Source of the DNA: Macrostomum lignano | Taxonomy: Eukaryota | DNA length: 64,000 bases | Direction: 5' to 3' | Assembly: GCA_002269645.1 (NCBI GenBank) | Contig: NIVC01000422.1 | Location: forward strand, 186,001 to 250,000 | In this document: piece after piece, positions 1 through 11,427 of the stretch | Position numbering within the stretch: position 1 is the first letter of the stretch | How the letters are laid out: the number at the start of each line of letters is the position of its first letter | Notes under the pieces: model-generated | What the model was told of the DNA's origin: nothing | Database searches by the model: none | Seen by the model: the letters and a program-made list of their open reading frames with translations, nothing else | Position numbers and translations under genes: made by a program

Positions 1-159
1 CACGTACATATACGTGTAAATCAATGATTAATCACTTTATTAGTAACTTTTATGATTCACTAAATACGATAATAAAACGTTTTATACTGAAAATAAACAG
101 TAAAATCATGGATGAAAAACATACATGTAGTTATTATAGTGAGTACTCCATTGACGTTG

Positions 160-2314
160 AGCTTACCGGGGACGTACTCGATGCCGAAGTCGTAGACGAA
201 GAGTCGCTCGCACCAGCGCTGAAGTCGAAGAGGTCGTTGGCCGACTCCTCGAGGTGACAGCAGGGTCGTCAGCACTTGATGGTCGCTGAGAAGCTTGAAC
301 TTTCGACTGTACAGCAGCAGATGCCAATGCTCGCATCTCCAGACGCAGGCCAAGGCCTCCTTCTTCGACGCGTTCGGTGTCGGACAGGACTCGCGAGGTG
401 AAGGCGACTGGCCGCAGCTGTCCATGCTCGTCGATTTGGCTCAGGGTCGCGCCCATGGCGACGTCGCTGCTCTCGCAGGAGACAACGGTCTCGTGATCTT
501 GGTCGAAGAACTTCAGGCACGGTGCTGATGAGATGAGCCGCTTCACCTCGCTGAAGGCTGCCTCACATTTCGCGTCCCAGTTCCATGGCGTGTCCTTGCG
601 CAGGAGCGCAGGAGCGCCGGAGCCGGTCTGAACCGGTAGAGACCGGATTCGGTGGGAAAGCAGGTCAGATTCTTGACGTCATCGTGAAGAGGTAGCTGTA
701 GATACGACTGGTTGAGGTCGATCCGTGTGAAAAACTTTGAATTGTTGAATTTGGTCACCAGATCGGCGAAAGTAGGTAGTGAAATCGAGTCCGGGATGAT
801 CGTTTTGTTGACGCTTCGCAGATCAAAGCAGAGGCGCAGCTTCCCATCGGCCTTGCGGGCGCAGTCGGAGATGTCACCGTCGACTCGCTCGATGATACCT
901 TCTTCCTCCCAGCGTTGAATCTCGCTGTCGCACTCCTGGCGCAGCGCTGGAGGCAGTCGACACAGTTGCTGAGCTACGCACGGCACTCTGGGACGGTGGC
1001 AGAACCCTTTTATCTCACCGAATCCGGTGCCCAAGGCGTGGTATTTGGCTGGAATCCATTTGGGCATCGACGTGGTCGGAGGCTCCTCGGACTCGACCGC
1101 AGCAATCTGATGCCCGGAAGGCCGAGAACTCTGCAGTTCAGCTTGTCCGTCAGGTCGATTCCCATCAGGTCATCGCCGTCCATGACTATGGTGAAGGTGA
1201 ACGTCGGGAGCTGGACTCAGTGGAATTCAACCGTGGCGTCGACGTCGCCGGTGACGCTGATGCTGGAGCCGTTGTACGACACGAGCTGTCTCCCCGACGG
1301 TCGCAAGGGGGCCGAAAAGCTTCCGGCAGGTCTGCATGTTTATGATGGAGACCTTGGCAGCTGTGTCCACCAACAGCGGAGTGCTGAACCCGTTGATCCT
1401 GACACTGGCTCTCTTGTACTCGCCCTTCTTGTCCGTGCTGACGGCGAAGATGCTTTGCTAAGCGGAGCTGTCGAAGTTGACGCCTTAAACTTTCTTCTTA
1501 GCCGAGTGCGGTGCCGTGGTGCTGCTCTTTCACACGCTGGGGAAGTGGTTGAGCTTCCCGCACTTCTTACACGCTTTGCCACGGGCAGCGCAGCGCGGGT
1601 CGCTGCCTGTGAGGTGGCCCGGCTTACCGCAGTGCGAGCAGTGGGGCTCTTTCGATGGTCGAGCTGCCTGGCCTCTGATGCCGATCGGAGCTCTCTTGGC
1701 GTTAATCTTCTTGATGCCGTCGTCAGCTGCATTCTTGCCAGTCAAGGACTTCTCACTCTAGACAACTTTTTCCACCTGGGCAGCAACCTGGATATCTCCG
1801 TCCAGGTGAGCTCTTGCTCTAGGAGGAGGCGTTTGCGCACCTTCGCTGATGAAGTGCCGAAGATCAGCTGGTCCAGGATGAGATCGTCGTGAAGCGTCTG
1901 GAACTCGCAGTCTCTTGCGGCATGGCGCAAGTTTGCCATGAATGCATTCACGCCTTCCCCGCATCGCTGGACGCACTTCCGGAAGTCATGGCGCTTGGCA
2001 TACACGCTGACGGTGGCTGAAAGTGCTTCTTGAGCAGTTCGCGTGTTGCTTTGAGTGTCGCTGGAGCTTCATCTGGAGACTTGATGAGAGTCCGGTAGAC
2101 TCGCACTCCTTCCCGCCCGAGGCAGTGCACCAGCAGTGCGATCTTCCTGGCTTCTTGCAAGCCGTCGACTCCTGACACTAGCAGGTCAGGTGTCGAACTC
2201 AGCGGCCCAAGTTTCCCATGAAACCACAGGTGTTCCTGGGTTGCCGAGAAATGGAGGCGGTTCTCTGAGGCTCAGTCGTAGCGCTTGCGCTGTGGCGTTG
2301 TCAGAGCTGCCCAT
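160..2314 (-). mobile_element. Degenerate or truncated Ty3/Gypsy LTR retrotransposon internal region (gag, protease region, RT, RNase H); no integrase or LTR visible
   Basis: Consecutive minus-strand fragments. Gag starts with ATG at 2314 (MGSSDNA...PPPFLGNPGTPVVSWETW), then KIALLVHCLGREGVRVY and FRKCVQRCGEGVNAFMANLRHAARDCEF. Zinc knuckles CSHCGKPGH and CKKCGKLNH (1530-1745). RT RLCFDLRSVNK...FTRIDLNQSYLQLPL (543-1067). RNase H GATLSQ...RPVAFTSRVLS and FVYDFGIEYVPGK (about 140-546). Many frameshifts. Confidence 0.88.
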
Positions 2315-2386
2315 TTCTAACTTCGCTGCGTTGAATTTGCAGAATTGCAAGGCGATAGCGAGAGTCGGGCTTGTGGGCCTTAGGAG

Positions 2387-2396
2387 AAAGACAGAC

Positions 2397-2427
<31 letters not shown>
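2387..2427 (+). repeat. (GACA)n microsatellite
   Basis: About 10 GACA/GATA units read directly. Confidence 0.9.
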
Positions 2428-3619
2428 ATTTAACGATAACCTTTTCAGTTTAGGACGTCATATACTCGTGTAATAGTGCAAAACAATGCATTAACTGAAA
2501 ATTAGACAAATTATTTCAGCCAGACTCTCTCATTTGCAGGCCATCTCGCAGTCCACGCAGATCGACCTCCTCCGGCAGCTCGCCACTGATGAGCAGGCAC
2601 ATTTGTGTATTCTGATAAATCGGATGACCGAAGCAGTCAGAGATAATCATCTAACGTTGGCTGGACGGCAGGACGTCGCATCGAGCGGTTTTCCAGCGAA
2701 AGCGGTCTAGTCTCTGCCACGATTCGTTTTCTGACCATGTGTGGGAAGAGGATCCGCATCCGATAGCAACCGAGAGCTTCGATATGAGGCGGATTCAGAA
2801 TCCAGCCACCCGGTCGACTGGCGAAGTCGACTGGGAAGAAGTTGCCTAAACTGCCAAGCGACGTGTCGATATTATCGCTAAAAAACTGCAGAACTTGGCA
2901 TCCTGTGGACGATGTCCGTGTTGCAACAAGCTTGAATTCAAAGTTGAAGCGAAGCTTAGCTCGTACGTAGCCTGACCTAGATTGCCCAGAGCATTGATCG
3001 AGCACTTTAACGCTAAAACCGGACTCTTGACCTTTGAACGAGTTCAATTGACTGTAGCGCAAGTAGACTAGGGCGACCTTCTCTGCGCCGAACTCTCGCA
3101 CAAGCTGGGGGATTCGGCTACATTTGGGCGTTCTGAATCACCCATCACTATTCTGCCAAATGACTGGTTCTCTGAGTACATGTAGCTTGCGTTGATATCA
3201 TTGGCAGCTGGTTCTAGGAAGAAGGCGGGAGAGATGCTCAGTTTATAGCCAGTTAATGGCGGTTTTCAAGCACTGCCTAAAATCAGGGAAACAGTCAAAA
3301 TGCAGCCTCGAAGGAAATTTCTCAGATACTCATGCAGTAAAAACTTGATTGGAGTCTGTCAGGTAAGACACGCGGATTGCTCAGAAACGAAGTAGCGCGA
3401 TGATCAGGTAACACCAGGATCGTAAGATCTGAGGCCATACTCAAACAAAAATGTAATAATAGTTAGTAGGATAGAGGTAAGCACAAAATGGAGTATATTC
3501 GTGTAAAATTAAGATTTAAGGCAAACATTTGATATTTCTGGCTGGGATGCTGCGCAGCATGTCAGGCAATGCCTGTCTGCCTTTAAAACGTATTGGCAAA
3601 CTCTAGCCTCTGCCTCTGA

Positions 3620-4030
3620 CTCTCCCTACGTCCCTTGGATCCCTTAAAACTTCTATCCTCTCTTTTGTTTCCTCTCTTCTCCCTCGTCCCTCGTTTATCC
3701 TCTCTCTTCTCTCCCCTCTTCTCTCGTATCTTCCCTCATACCTCTTCTCTTTCATATTTCTTATCCCATCTCTTCTCTCTTCTCTCTCTATCTCTCTCGT
3801 TCTTTCTCGCTATTATCTCACCTCTCGCATCTCTCTTCTCCTCTCTACTCTCTCCCCTCTCCGTTCTCGTTTTCCCCCCTCTCTCCTCGCTCACTTCTCT
3901 CTCCATTTCTATCTCCTCTCTCCTCTCGTCTCTGTAATCTCTTCTCTTTTATCTCTCCTTTGTTCTCTCTACTATCCCATCTCTCGCCTGTTTACTCTCG
4001 TCTCTGCTCTCTCATACCCCCTTTCATCTG
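3620..4030. repeat. CT-rich pyrimidine low-complexity tract
   Basis: Almost only C/T; produces the spurious L/S/F ORF 3635-3937. Confidence 0.85.
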
Positions 4031-4986
4031 TCATCTTTACTGTCTTACAAGCTGTTGAAACCTGCGGATTTTGAACCTGGTGAATTTCAAACCCTTGCAA
4101 TTTTGCAAATCAGGATCCATGCAAATATTTTTGCATGGATTCTGAAATCTGCGGCCATACTTAAACAAAAACTTGTTAATATAGTTGAGTAGAATAAAGT
4201 TAACAATAAAATGGAGTACATTCGTGTAAAATAAGGATTTGAGACAAGCATTTGATTTTGTTGGCTGAGGTGCTGCGCATTTTCTGAAGTTTTTTCCGAA
4301 CTTTTAGTGCTATTTTGTATTAGTATGTTACGAGCTTATGTATTTTGTGATCGACCGACAGCTGCAGAAAGTGCAAAAGCTACGAGCTATTTGCATCTGC
4401 TGGACAGAGACTCCAAAGCAAAGTGCTTCAAGTTTCTACCTCTATATCTCTCTCCTGTCTCTCCACCGCTCTCCTCATTTATCTCCCGCTTCATATTTCT
4501 TAGTCGATCATACTTTGCACTTTACTCAATAAAACTTTTCCTCTATCTCTCTCGTTTCTCAAGCGCATACTTCATTTTCTTTTCCATCTCCCTTGATCTT
4601 CCTGAGCATTTTTAGAGAGTATAGTGACTATCTTTTTCTTCTTTTTCTCTCTGTTTGAAATGAATTGTGAGGTTGGGTAGTGAATCACATGTCTATTTTA
4701 TGGCTGCACTACGTATACAGAACAGATCGTTTGTTAGAATTGCATGCTCGGAATACTGACAATTAAATCTAAAATTTCCGGGAGTAGGGGAAACAATCTA
4801 CATGTACGAGCTAATTATTATTCCCTTGTCCGCATTTGGAGTCCGCTGCACCGAGAAATTTATTAATGGAGGGGGTAGCTAGTTGAGAGAAAGGTGGCAC
4901 TGGCAAGGCGCATCCAAGCCTCCCATGAAGATCTTCATCGACCCGACGGAGGGCGGCCGAATGAGGGCGCCCCTATCCCAGAACAG

Positions 4987-5046
4987 GTGACGGTTACTTT
5001 GATTGGGTTACTTTTGATAATAGTATACGCGATTCCCTGTTTGCTT
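4987..5046 (+). CDS. Possible exon of the TRPM-like gene (hydrophobic S5-like segment VTVTLIGLLLIIVYAIPCLL)
   Basis: Bounded by cag| and |gtaag, 60 nt, phase 0 at both ends, in frame with the exon at 5554. Confidence 0.35.
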
Positions 5047-5051
5047 GTAAG

Positions 5052-5361
5052 CTGTGTTGGCAAACCTTTTTATTCTCAAGGGCCAGATAAAGAATCCAGG
5101 TCATGGCTGCGGGCCAGATGCAATAGAAACGGAGAGAGAATAGAAGGTAAGAGATGATAATGGAGAGGAAAGTCGAGAGATGCAATGAGAAGAGAGGAGA
5201 GAGGGTAGGGAATAGGAGAGGAAAGGAGAGGAGGGAGAGAGAAGAGGGGAGAAGAGAAAGGGAGCTAAGAAGAAACAAAAACCTGGAGCGGGACGGATTG
5301 CTATTGCAAAGTTTCAAACGACCGAAGAGCCGGATAGAGAGCCAGAGTTTGCCAACCCTTG
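5052..5361. mobile_element. hAT/Charlie-like MITE remnant (imperfect TIRs, GA-rich interior); a second similar terminus starts at 5370
   Basis: CTGTGTTGGCAAACCTTTT...AAGGGCCAGATA at 5052, GAGTTTGCCAACCCTTG at 5345-5361, then CAGGGGTAGGCAAACTC...GCGGGCCATATGCAGCCCGC at 5370. These resemble hAT MITE termini. Confidence 0.4.
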
Positions 5362-5553
5362 GCTTAAAGCAGGGGTAGGCAAACTCCGCATGCGGGCCAT
5401 ATGCAGCCCGCAAAGCCTCTTCATCCGGCTCAGTGTGAATGTGCAAGTGCAAATCTACACTAAGAATCGTATACCAATATATCACTTCGTTACCATGACA
5501 AGCATGGAATTGAGCCAGGAGAATTGAACTAAAAGCGGAGCATACTCGTACAG

Positions 5554-5955
5554 GTATTTACGCTTCCCCTGAAGCTGATGTTCACTAATTTTGACGAGAT
5601 TAAATTCAATAGCGTGAACAGTACCAACCTTACTGGGTATAAAATCGGCTCCATGGCCTATGACAAAGGCAGTGATGCGTTCTACAACTGCTTCATGTTT
5701 GTGTTCCTTCTGCTGGTCAATATCGTCATGGTTAATCTGCTGATTGCATTGTTCAGCCTGAGAGTGAGCAAAATTGCCAGCAAGTCCAAGATAGTCTGGA
5801 GAAGAATGTACTTCGACATGCTGATTGAGTGCAACCGGATGTGCGCCGTCCCGTCACCAATCTATGTGATTTATGCGATTTTTACCTATCTTTTCTCCAC
5901 GTACTTGTTATTTCGCGATGCATTAAAAAATTTCGAGCACTGCAGTAAGAGCACG
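5554..5955 (+). CDS. TRPM-like cation channel exon (pore helix, S6, TRP helix)
   Basis: VFTLPLKLMFTNFDEI (pore-like), FLLLVNIVMVNLLIALFS (S6 signature NLLIA), IVWRRMYFDMLIE...VPSP (TRP-box-like). Acceptor tacag|5554, donor 5955|gtaagt, phase 0. Confidence 0.8.
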
Positions 5956-6484
5956 GTAAGTGACAGTCGTTTTTAAAGCATTTATAAAATTATATTCATC
6001 CTTCAACACTTTCTACGAGCTAACACTTCTAAACTCAACTTTGTTGTCCTCTGACAATATTGGAATCGAACCCAGCTTCTATATAATGTTGCCATTGTAT
6101 GGGTTTTGTACCCTTTCACAGATACTAAATACCCTGGATTTAATCAACAAACGTTTAGCAGAAATTCTCTCTGCTCATTAGTAAGAGCGTAAAAAGCAAC
6201 ATTCCTTTTTCAACTAGTAGATTCATTCCAGATTGCTCCTGCTCGTAAAACGGATCCCTTATAGCAGCCCCAGATTCTGGCTGATATACAAACTATAGAT
6301 TTCTTTTATAAACAGATATGGATAAAGTTAAAACGTGGTTGCTATTGGTTGCAAGCTCTCTCATTCATACTAAGTGCAGGCATGTAATAAGATGGCTTTA
6401 TCCAACCAAATAGCCTCTTTGGAGTGACTAGACGATCTAAAACTCAAATGTTGGCCCTAAATTCGTATCGCCCTAACCTTGCAG

Positions 6485-6835
6485 AACTGGTGGTACAGTC
6501 AGACTGACTACCCGAAGGTGTACATTCAGTTCCTGAAGTTTCAAGCCAAGCAGTTCCGACGATTCGGCCGAAGAAATCTGACTCGTCGAATTGTAGATGC
6601 CAATAGCGACCCAGACGGAGTGCAGGCTCGCGCCGACAACAACTTTGCGGCTGTAAAACGAGGCATCGATTCGCTGGGCCGGACTCGGTCGTCGGCAACT
6701 TCAAAGCGGTCGGACTCAATCGGCATCGAAGCAAAGCTGGCCAACCTGAAAATGCAGTCGAAACGTCGACGAAAACAGATTAACGACGTTGAAGCGAAGT
6801 TGGATCGGTTGATTCAACTAATGGAGAGACGTTGA
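6485..6835 (+). CDS. TRPM-like channel terminal exon with C-terminal coiled coil
   Basis: Acceptor ccttgcag|6485 in phase 0 with the 5955 donor; ends IEAKLANLKMQ...INDVEAKLDRLIQLMERR-stop. Confidence 0.7.
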   Translation, partial: NWWYSQTDYPKVYIQFLKFQAKQFRRFGRRNLTRRIVDANSDPDGVQARADNNFAAVKRGIDSLGRTRSSATSKRSDSIGIEAKLANLKMQSKRRRKQINDVEAKLDRLIQLMERR

Positions 6836-7211
6836 GTTGAGCTTAGGTTGGTATAATGTCTGAATCGATTAATTATTGATAATTGAGCTAAAAACTGGTT
6901 AGATAGACTACGCAAGACATATTTTAAAAACAGAACAGCTCGTATATTTTGTTTTACTTTTCCTTTAGAACTAACCATCGTAAAATATTTAGTTGAGAAA
7001 TCAGCTCTCTGTATTTTAATATTCTTATGTTTTCCAAAAAGATTTTACTGTGGGTAATAATTATCCAGTGTAAAACAACTTTGCTTACTTTTTTTATCAG
7101 CAACACTATTTTTCTACTTTTTTAATGAATTGTTTTCATTAATTCTGTAGGTTGCAAGATATCTGTTTTATCCGGTTCTGTTTATGGCTACGGGCACATA
7201 CATAAGAAGCT

Positions 7212-7785
7212 AGTAGAAGGCATGAGGGGGCTTCTGGGACAAAATTTTTCACGTCCTCCATAATCCACCTAAATCCATCCATATTATCCCTGACAGAATC
7301 AGAAAAAAGGGGGGTCGCACTTACTCCAAAAACTTCGAACATAATCCCATTAAATCCATCCATATTATCCCTGACAGAATCAGAAAAAAAGGGGGGTCGC
7401 ACTCGCTCACAAAACATCCTCCATAATCCACCTAAATCCATCCATATTATCCCTGACAGAATCATGAAAAAGGGGAGGGGCCGCACTTGCTCACAAAACA
7501 TCCTCCATAATCCTATTAAATCCATCCATATTATCCCTGACAGAATCAGAGCAGGTGTCAACTGATACCTGTTATGCTCACTGACACCGACATCCACCCA
7601 TAGCATCTTCGAAACAATCAGAAAATAATCTGCATTCTTCTCCCCATGGGGCCCACATTCAATCCAAAGCGGCGAAACCAGATCCCTAAAACTTTAAATC
7701 CCCTAACCCAGGGTCCTTACCCTTTGAAAAAAAATTAAATTTTCTCTAAAAATGTTTCCAGTTGTCTCTCCAGGTTCTTATTACA
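7212..7785 (+). repeat. Polinton left TIR (near-perfect to about 7680, imperfect to about 7785) with four ~82-bp internal subrepeats
   Basis: Reverse complement of about 28487-29058. Subrepeat ATAATCC...TAAATCCATCCATATTATCCCTGACAGAATC starts at 7260, 7341, 7423 and 7507. Confidence 0.95.
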
Positions 7786-8012
7786 AAGCGCACGAGCCTA
7801 ATTACAAGAGTAAGTACCGATGCAAGAAGGAATGCAGCGAGTACATGAGAAAATATTGGCCCGACGTTGATATCAATGTCCCTAATATTAATCTAGCTCT
7901 CCAAAGACACTGGTTTCATAAGTATGGAGTAACCTATGTAAAAGATTACGACAGCTACTATAACTTTGTAGAAATCATTAGACAGTTGAAGTTTCTTACA
8001 TTCTTTCAATGA
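7752..8012 (+). CDS. Polinton hypothetical protein (86 aa)
   Basis: ATG in the AAAAATG context shared by the element's genes; converges on the penton gene; no recognisable domain. Confidence 0.5.
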   Translation: MFPVVSPGSYYKAHEPNYKSKYRCKKECSEYMRKYWPDVDINVPNINLALQRHWFHKYGVTYVKDYDSYYNFVEIIRQLKFLTFFQ

Positions 8013-8859
8013 TCAACGTCAATACAAACTCTTCCCCATTAAAATCAACGCCCATCCCATCTTCAGTCTCAAACTGTAGCACAATCTCGTGAATCTCTTT
8101 ATTACTCAATACAACTCTTTTCACTGGATTTGGTTTCTCTACCACCATCTGTCCTCCAGCAACAGAGTTGGAGATGTTGTACAAAATATTCGTTCGCTTT
8201 CCCTTAAATACCCAATCAAGACTGAGATTGCTTCTGATTAGAATATTCAAACCCTTTACAATGTCTGCAATATTGGGTGCTAAGAACAAACCGCTTACAT
8301 TTTCCCGGGCCATTTTAACGGTCCCCGATGCTTGAGTGGCGGTCTGCGCCGCGGATTCTGCCTTATAAACTTTCTTCTCGAATCCTAGTTCCCTATACCA
8401 AGTGTCATCTTTAAACTCAACCTCCGCATTTTTGTGAACTTGCATGACCACTCTCATTACAGTGAGATCATAGGTTAGTTTGACAGGGAACAGTTTCTTC
8501 TCTGGCTTACTCGCATCAGGTGTCTCAAAATGGCCTCTCTTAGTAAAGACATTTTCTAGAAAGTTATTGTAGGTATCCACACTTTGCGTGCTCACATGGA
8601 ATACCACAGGGTCTGCTGCTGCACCTTTCCATTTGTAATAAAACTTATTATTTGCTGCCATCACATTAGGAACGTTTGACCAACCGGTGAAGTCGTTAAG
8701 ATAGACATGGTAATTAGCGCCTGGATCCAGGCGAATCGCCTGCTCTAATTTTTCAACAAACATCCCGTTTGAGTCATTAATTCGCCCGGTTATTGTAATA
8801 GGAATGCTCTCCTTAGAGTGTGAAACAATGTTGTTTAGTCTTTCGGCTATGGCTTCCAT
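7996..8859 (-). CDS. Minor capsid protein (penton, single jelly roll)
   Basis: Probable ATG at 8859 (MEAIAE). About 287 aa, with WSNVPNV..NNKFYY near the N-terminus and a VDFNGEEFVLTLII end typical of Polinton pentons; adjacent to the MCP. Confidence 0.8.
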   Translation of the reverse strand: MEAIAERLNNIVSHSKESIPITITGRINDSNGMFVEKLEQAIRLDPGANYHVYLNDFTGWSNVPNVMAANNKFYYKWKGAAADPVVFHVSTQSVDTYNNFLENVFTKRGHFETPDASKPEKKLFPVKLTYDLTVMRVVMQVHKNAEVEFKDDTWYRELGFEKKVYKAESAAQTATQASGTVKMARENVSGLFLAPNIADIVKGLNILIRSNLSLDWVFKGKRTNILYNISNSVAGGQMVVEKPNPVKRVVLSNKEIHEIVLQFETEDGMGVDFNGEEFVLTLIIERM

Positions 8860-8882
8860 TTTTTCACCCACAAAAAAAATAT

Positions 8883-10169
8883 TTAAACTTTACTGGATGA
8901 ATTGTTGATCATGTTAAGCTTCACCTTCCTCTCAAATGCATAGATAATGTACAGGTCCACGGGTGTTGCGGTAGTCCTTTCAATGTTAGTCACGATATTC
9001 ACAGGGCTGTTATCAGTAGGCATTTGTCTGGCAGACACATCAGCGCCAAACATCGGATATAGAGTTCCATATTGAAGAGCAGTGATAGCAATTCCATTGT
9101 TCTCTTTCACAGCCAAGTCGACCAACTCGCTGTAAAATTTGCTAATCTTGTTCTGACTGAAATCTCCATTTTGTGGCAGTGCAGGGTAAAGATTATCACT
9201 GATTTCATGCTGAATGGACCGCACGTCTCCATGCATGTAGCGTATGATGCTATTTGGGTTTCTCATATTAATAATGATATACCTTGGATTGCTGCATGAT
9301 CCCTCTTTAATGCAGATATTTGTTCTAGTTTCGTTTCGCTCATCTCGACACATGTAGGCTGTGTATGCAACATCAATGTCCTTCTCTATTGCCTTAAGAT
9401 AATCCGCTTTTAGTGCAGTCTTTGGCTCAATGACTTCCAAATACAGCTCGATTCCGGTTAGCTTCACCTCCATCCTTGTGTGGTCCGCCCCAGTCCACAA
9501 CACTCTACTGCGATCATCTCTAGTCATCCTAAATGTGTAGCTAAAGTTACTAGTCAGTCGATTAAATGTATTACAGAATCCACTCATGAATCTCAATGGT
9601 ACAAATACATCAACAGACCGATACTGCGGGTTCTTAGCAGCATCATCTGCACCTTGCAATGCATAGTTGTATCTCTTCTTCCTATTTTTATAGCCACTGT
9701 CATTGATATCTCCTTCTTTTTCGTCTGCAATAAAACCCGCACCACTTCCCAATTGAATAAAATCAGGATTCTCGATCAAACAATGAGCGTCATAGACAAT
9801 TCCAAAGTTGGCGATTCGCTCCAACTCAGTGCTCCCATTCGATACACTAAACTCCTTGAACATGTACGCCCAAAAGTTACTGATCAGAGCCACATCCGCA
9901 TCATGCTTGTCAACGTTAGCACGAGCCGCATCCGCACCACCTTTTGTCTTGAATTGAAATGTCATATGGAAGCCGCTCTTAAGACTGTGCACACTAACCA
10001 GAGACGAACATCCATTGTATGTAAATGTCAGTGTTTGACCTGGACCCAAATTAGTTTCATTCTGGTTCTCGTGACTCGGAACTCTAACTTGTGTCGCTTT
10101 GATTGTGCTATCATCACTCAAAATAGGCTTGTTAATTTTGTAGAAAACTGGTGTCAGTGGGTCGTTCAT
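8883..10169 (-). CDS. Major capsid protein (double jelly roll)
   Basis: 428 aa, beta-rich. N-terminal DDSTIKATQVRVP..NLGPGQTLTFTY, VDVFVPLRFMSGF, and late PRYIIIN / LYPALP / YGTLYPMFGADVS segments match the Polinton MCP pattern; position next to the penton. Confidence 0.85.
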   Translation of the reverse strand: MNDPLTPVFYKINKPILSDDSTIKATQVRVPSHENQNETNLGPGQTLTFTYNGCSSLVSVHSLKSGFHMTFQFKTKGGADAARANVDKHDADVALISNFWAYMFKEFSVSNGSTELERIANFGIVYDAHCLIENPDFIQLGSGAGFIADEKEGDINDSGYKNRKKRYNYALQGADDAAKNPQYRSVDVFVPLRFMSGFCNTFNRLTSNFSYTFRMTRDDRSRVLWTGADHTRMEVKLTGIELYLEVIEPKTALKADYLKAIEKDIDVAYTAYMCRDERNETRTNICIKEGSCSNPRYIIINMRNPNSIIRYMHGDVRSIQHEISDNLYPALPQNGDFSQNKISKFYSELVDLAVKENNGIAITALQYGTLYPMFGADVSARQMPTDNSPVNIVTNIERTTATPVDLYIIYAFERKVKLNMINNSSSKV

Positions 10170-10200
10170 TTTTTTAACTAAAAATAAAATAAAATAAGAA

Positions 10201-11411
10201 ATGAAGCGGAAAAGTTCATATCATATCTCTGAACTAGAAAAGCTGGCGCAAGCAGAGAAACGAGTTACCGGACTAATCAACAAAGAACAACAATCTTACA
10301 ATGAATTCGTCCAAGCAGCCACCGAATTTCACAAACCTGGATACACAGAAGCGAAGAAAAACATCGACACTGTGAAGGAAACAATTGATGATATTCAAGA
10401 GAGCCAGTTGCAAAACACATTGGGTAAAATCCCATCTTCACCGGGACAACCACAGGCTCAGCAACCAGGACAACCAGTGCAGATGAAAGTGACGGGTAAC
10501 TTTTTTGGCCCCGTAACGGATGATGGAAAATATATATTTGGAATTAGCGCCTGGCGAAAAAATATCACCGGGGAACCGGCGGATTACAACATTGAAGTGA
10601 CGAAGGAAACTATTTCAATCAATAAAGGCGCAGAAACTAAACGAATCCCCTTCACTCAAAGTTTACTCGACTACATGACTAAAAATCAGGAAAAAATATC
10701 CGAGAAGCAATTAAAGAATTATAGAGATCTGGTTACCTTCGCTTTAGAGAGGGACATAGACATTCTCAAGAACAACGGTGTTTTGAAAGTTTTACATGAA
10801 AACAGGATTGACTTGAACAGGTTTAGAAAATACAAATACTTTAAACAATGGTTTGGTTTGCCGGATCAAGAAGAGGTCATAAGACAACAACCACAACAAC
10901 CACAGCCACAACAGCAGCAACCACAACAGCAGCAACCAAAACAACAACTACAACAACCACAACAGCAACCACAAACACAACCACAACCACAACAACCTCC
11001 ACCGCCACAGCAACAAATCACACCCGAACAAGTACTAGAAGCGCTTGAAAAAGCAGGGCCAAATGAGATTTCCCAGTACAAAGATACGAACCCTGATACT
11101 TGGCGACAATTAGAGCGGCTCTCCCCAGAACGAATGAAGCGAATCAATGACAGAGTATTCACACCTCAACAAAGACAAGCGCCACATGACAGTTCCTCCT
11201 CTGACCAATCATTCGAATCACCTCCAAGCTCTTCCGGAAAAGGCATGCCTGAATTCTACAAGCGGTTAGCTGTTCTTCTAGGAGCGGCAAAGACCGGAAT
11301 GAAAGACGAGAATAGAAAAGAATTTGTCAACATCCTGGACAAAATGCTTGAGAGAAAATATATCGATAAAAAGCAAGAGAACTTTTGCTTTCACGGTTTA
11401 ACAAAAAATAA
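10201..11411 (+). CDS. Polinton conserved protein with Q/P-rich linker (probably about 400 aa if a 1-nt loss in the A run at 11368-11372 is restored)
   Basis: ORF 10201..11808. C-terminal KRLAVLLGAAKTG...EFVNILDKML..KYI resembles a helical motif common in Polinton proteins; CAA/CAG tract at 10885-11020. One extra A gives DKKARELLLSRFNKK-stop at 11409-11411. Confidence 0.6.
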
Positions 11412-11427
11412 ATTTCTATTTAAAAAG

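Noticed and set aside
2540-3101. ORF 2637..3101 (minus) or plus-strand exon-like sequence after ttgcag at about 2539
   Set aside because: Looks coding-like in composition, but there is no recognisable motif and stops occur in each plus frame; cannot be assigned.
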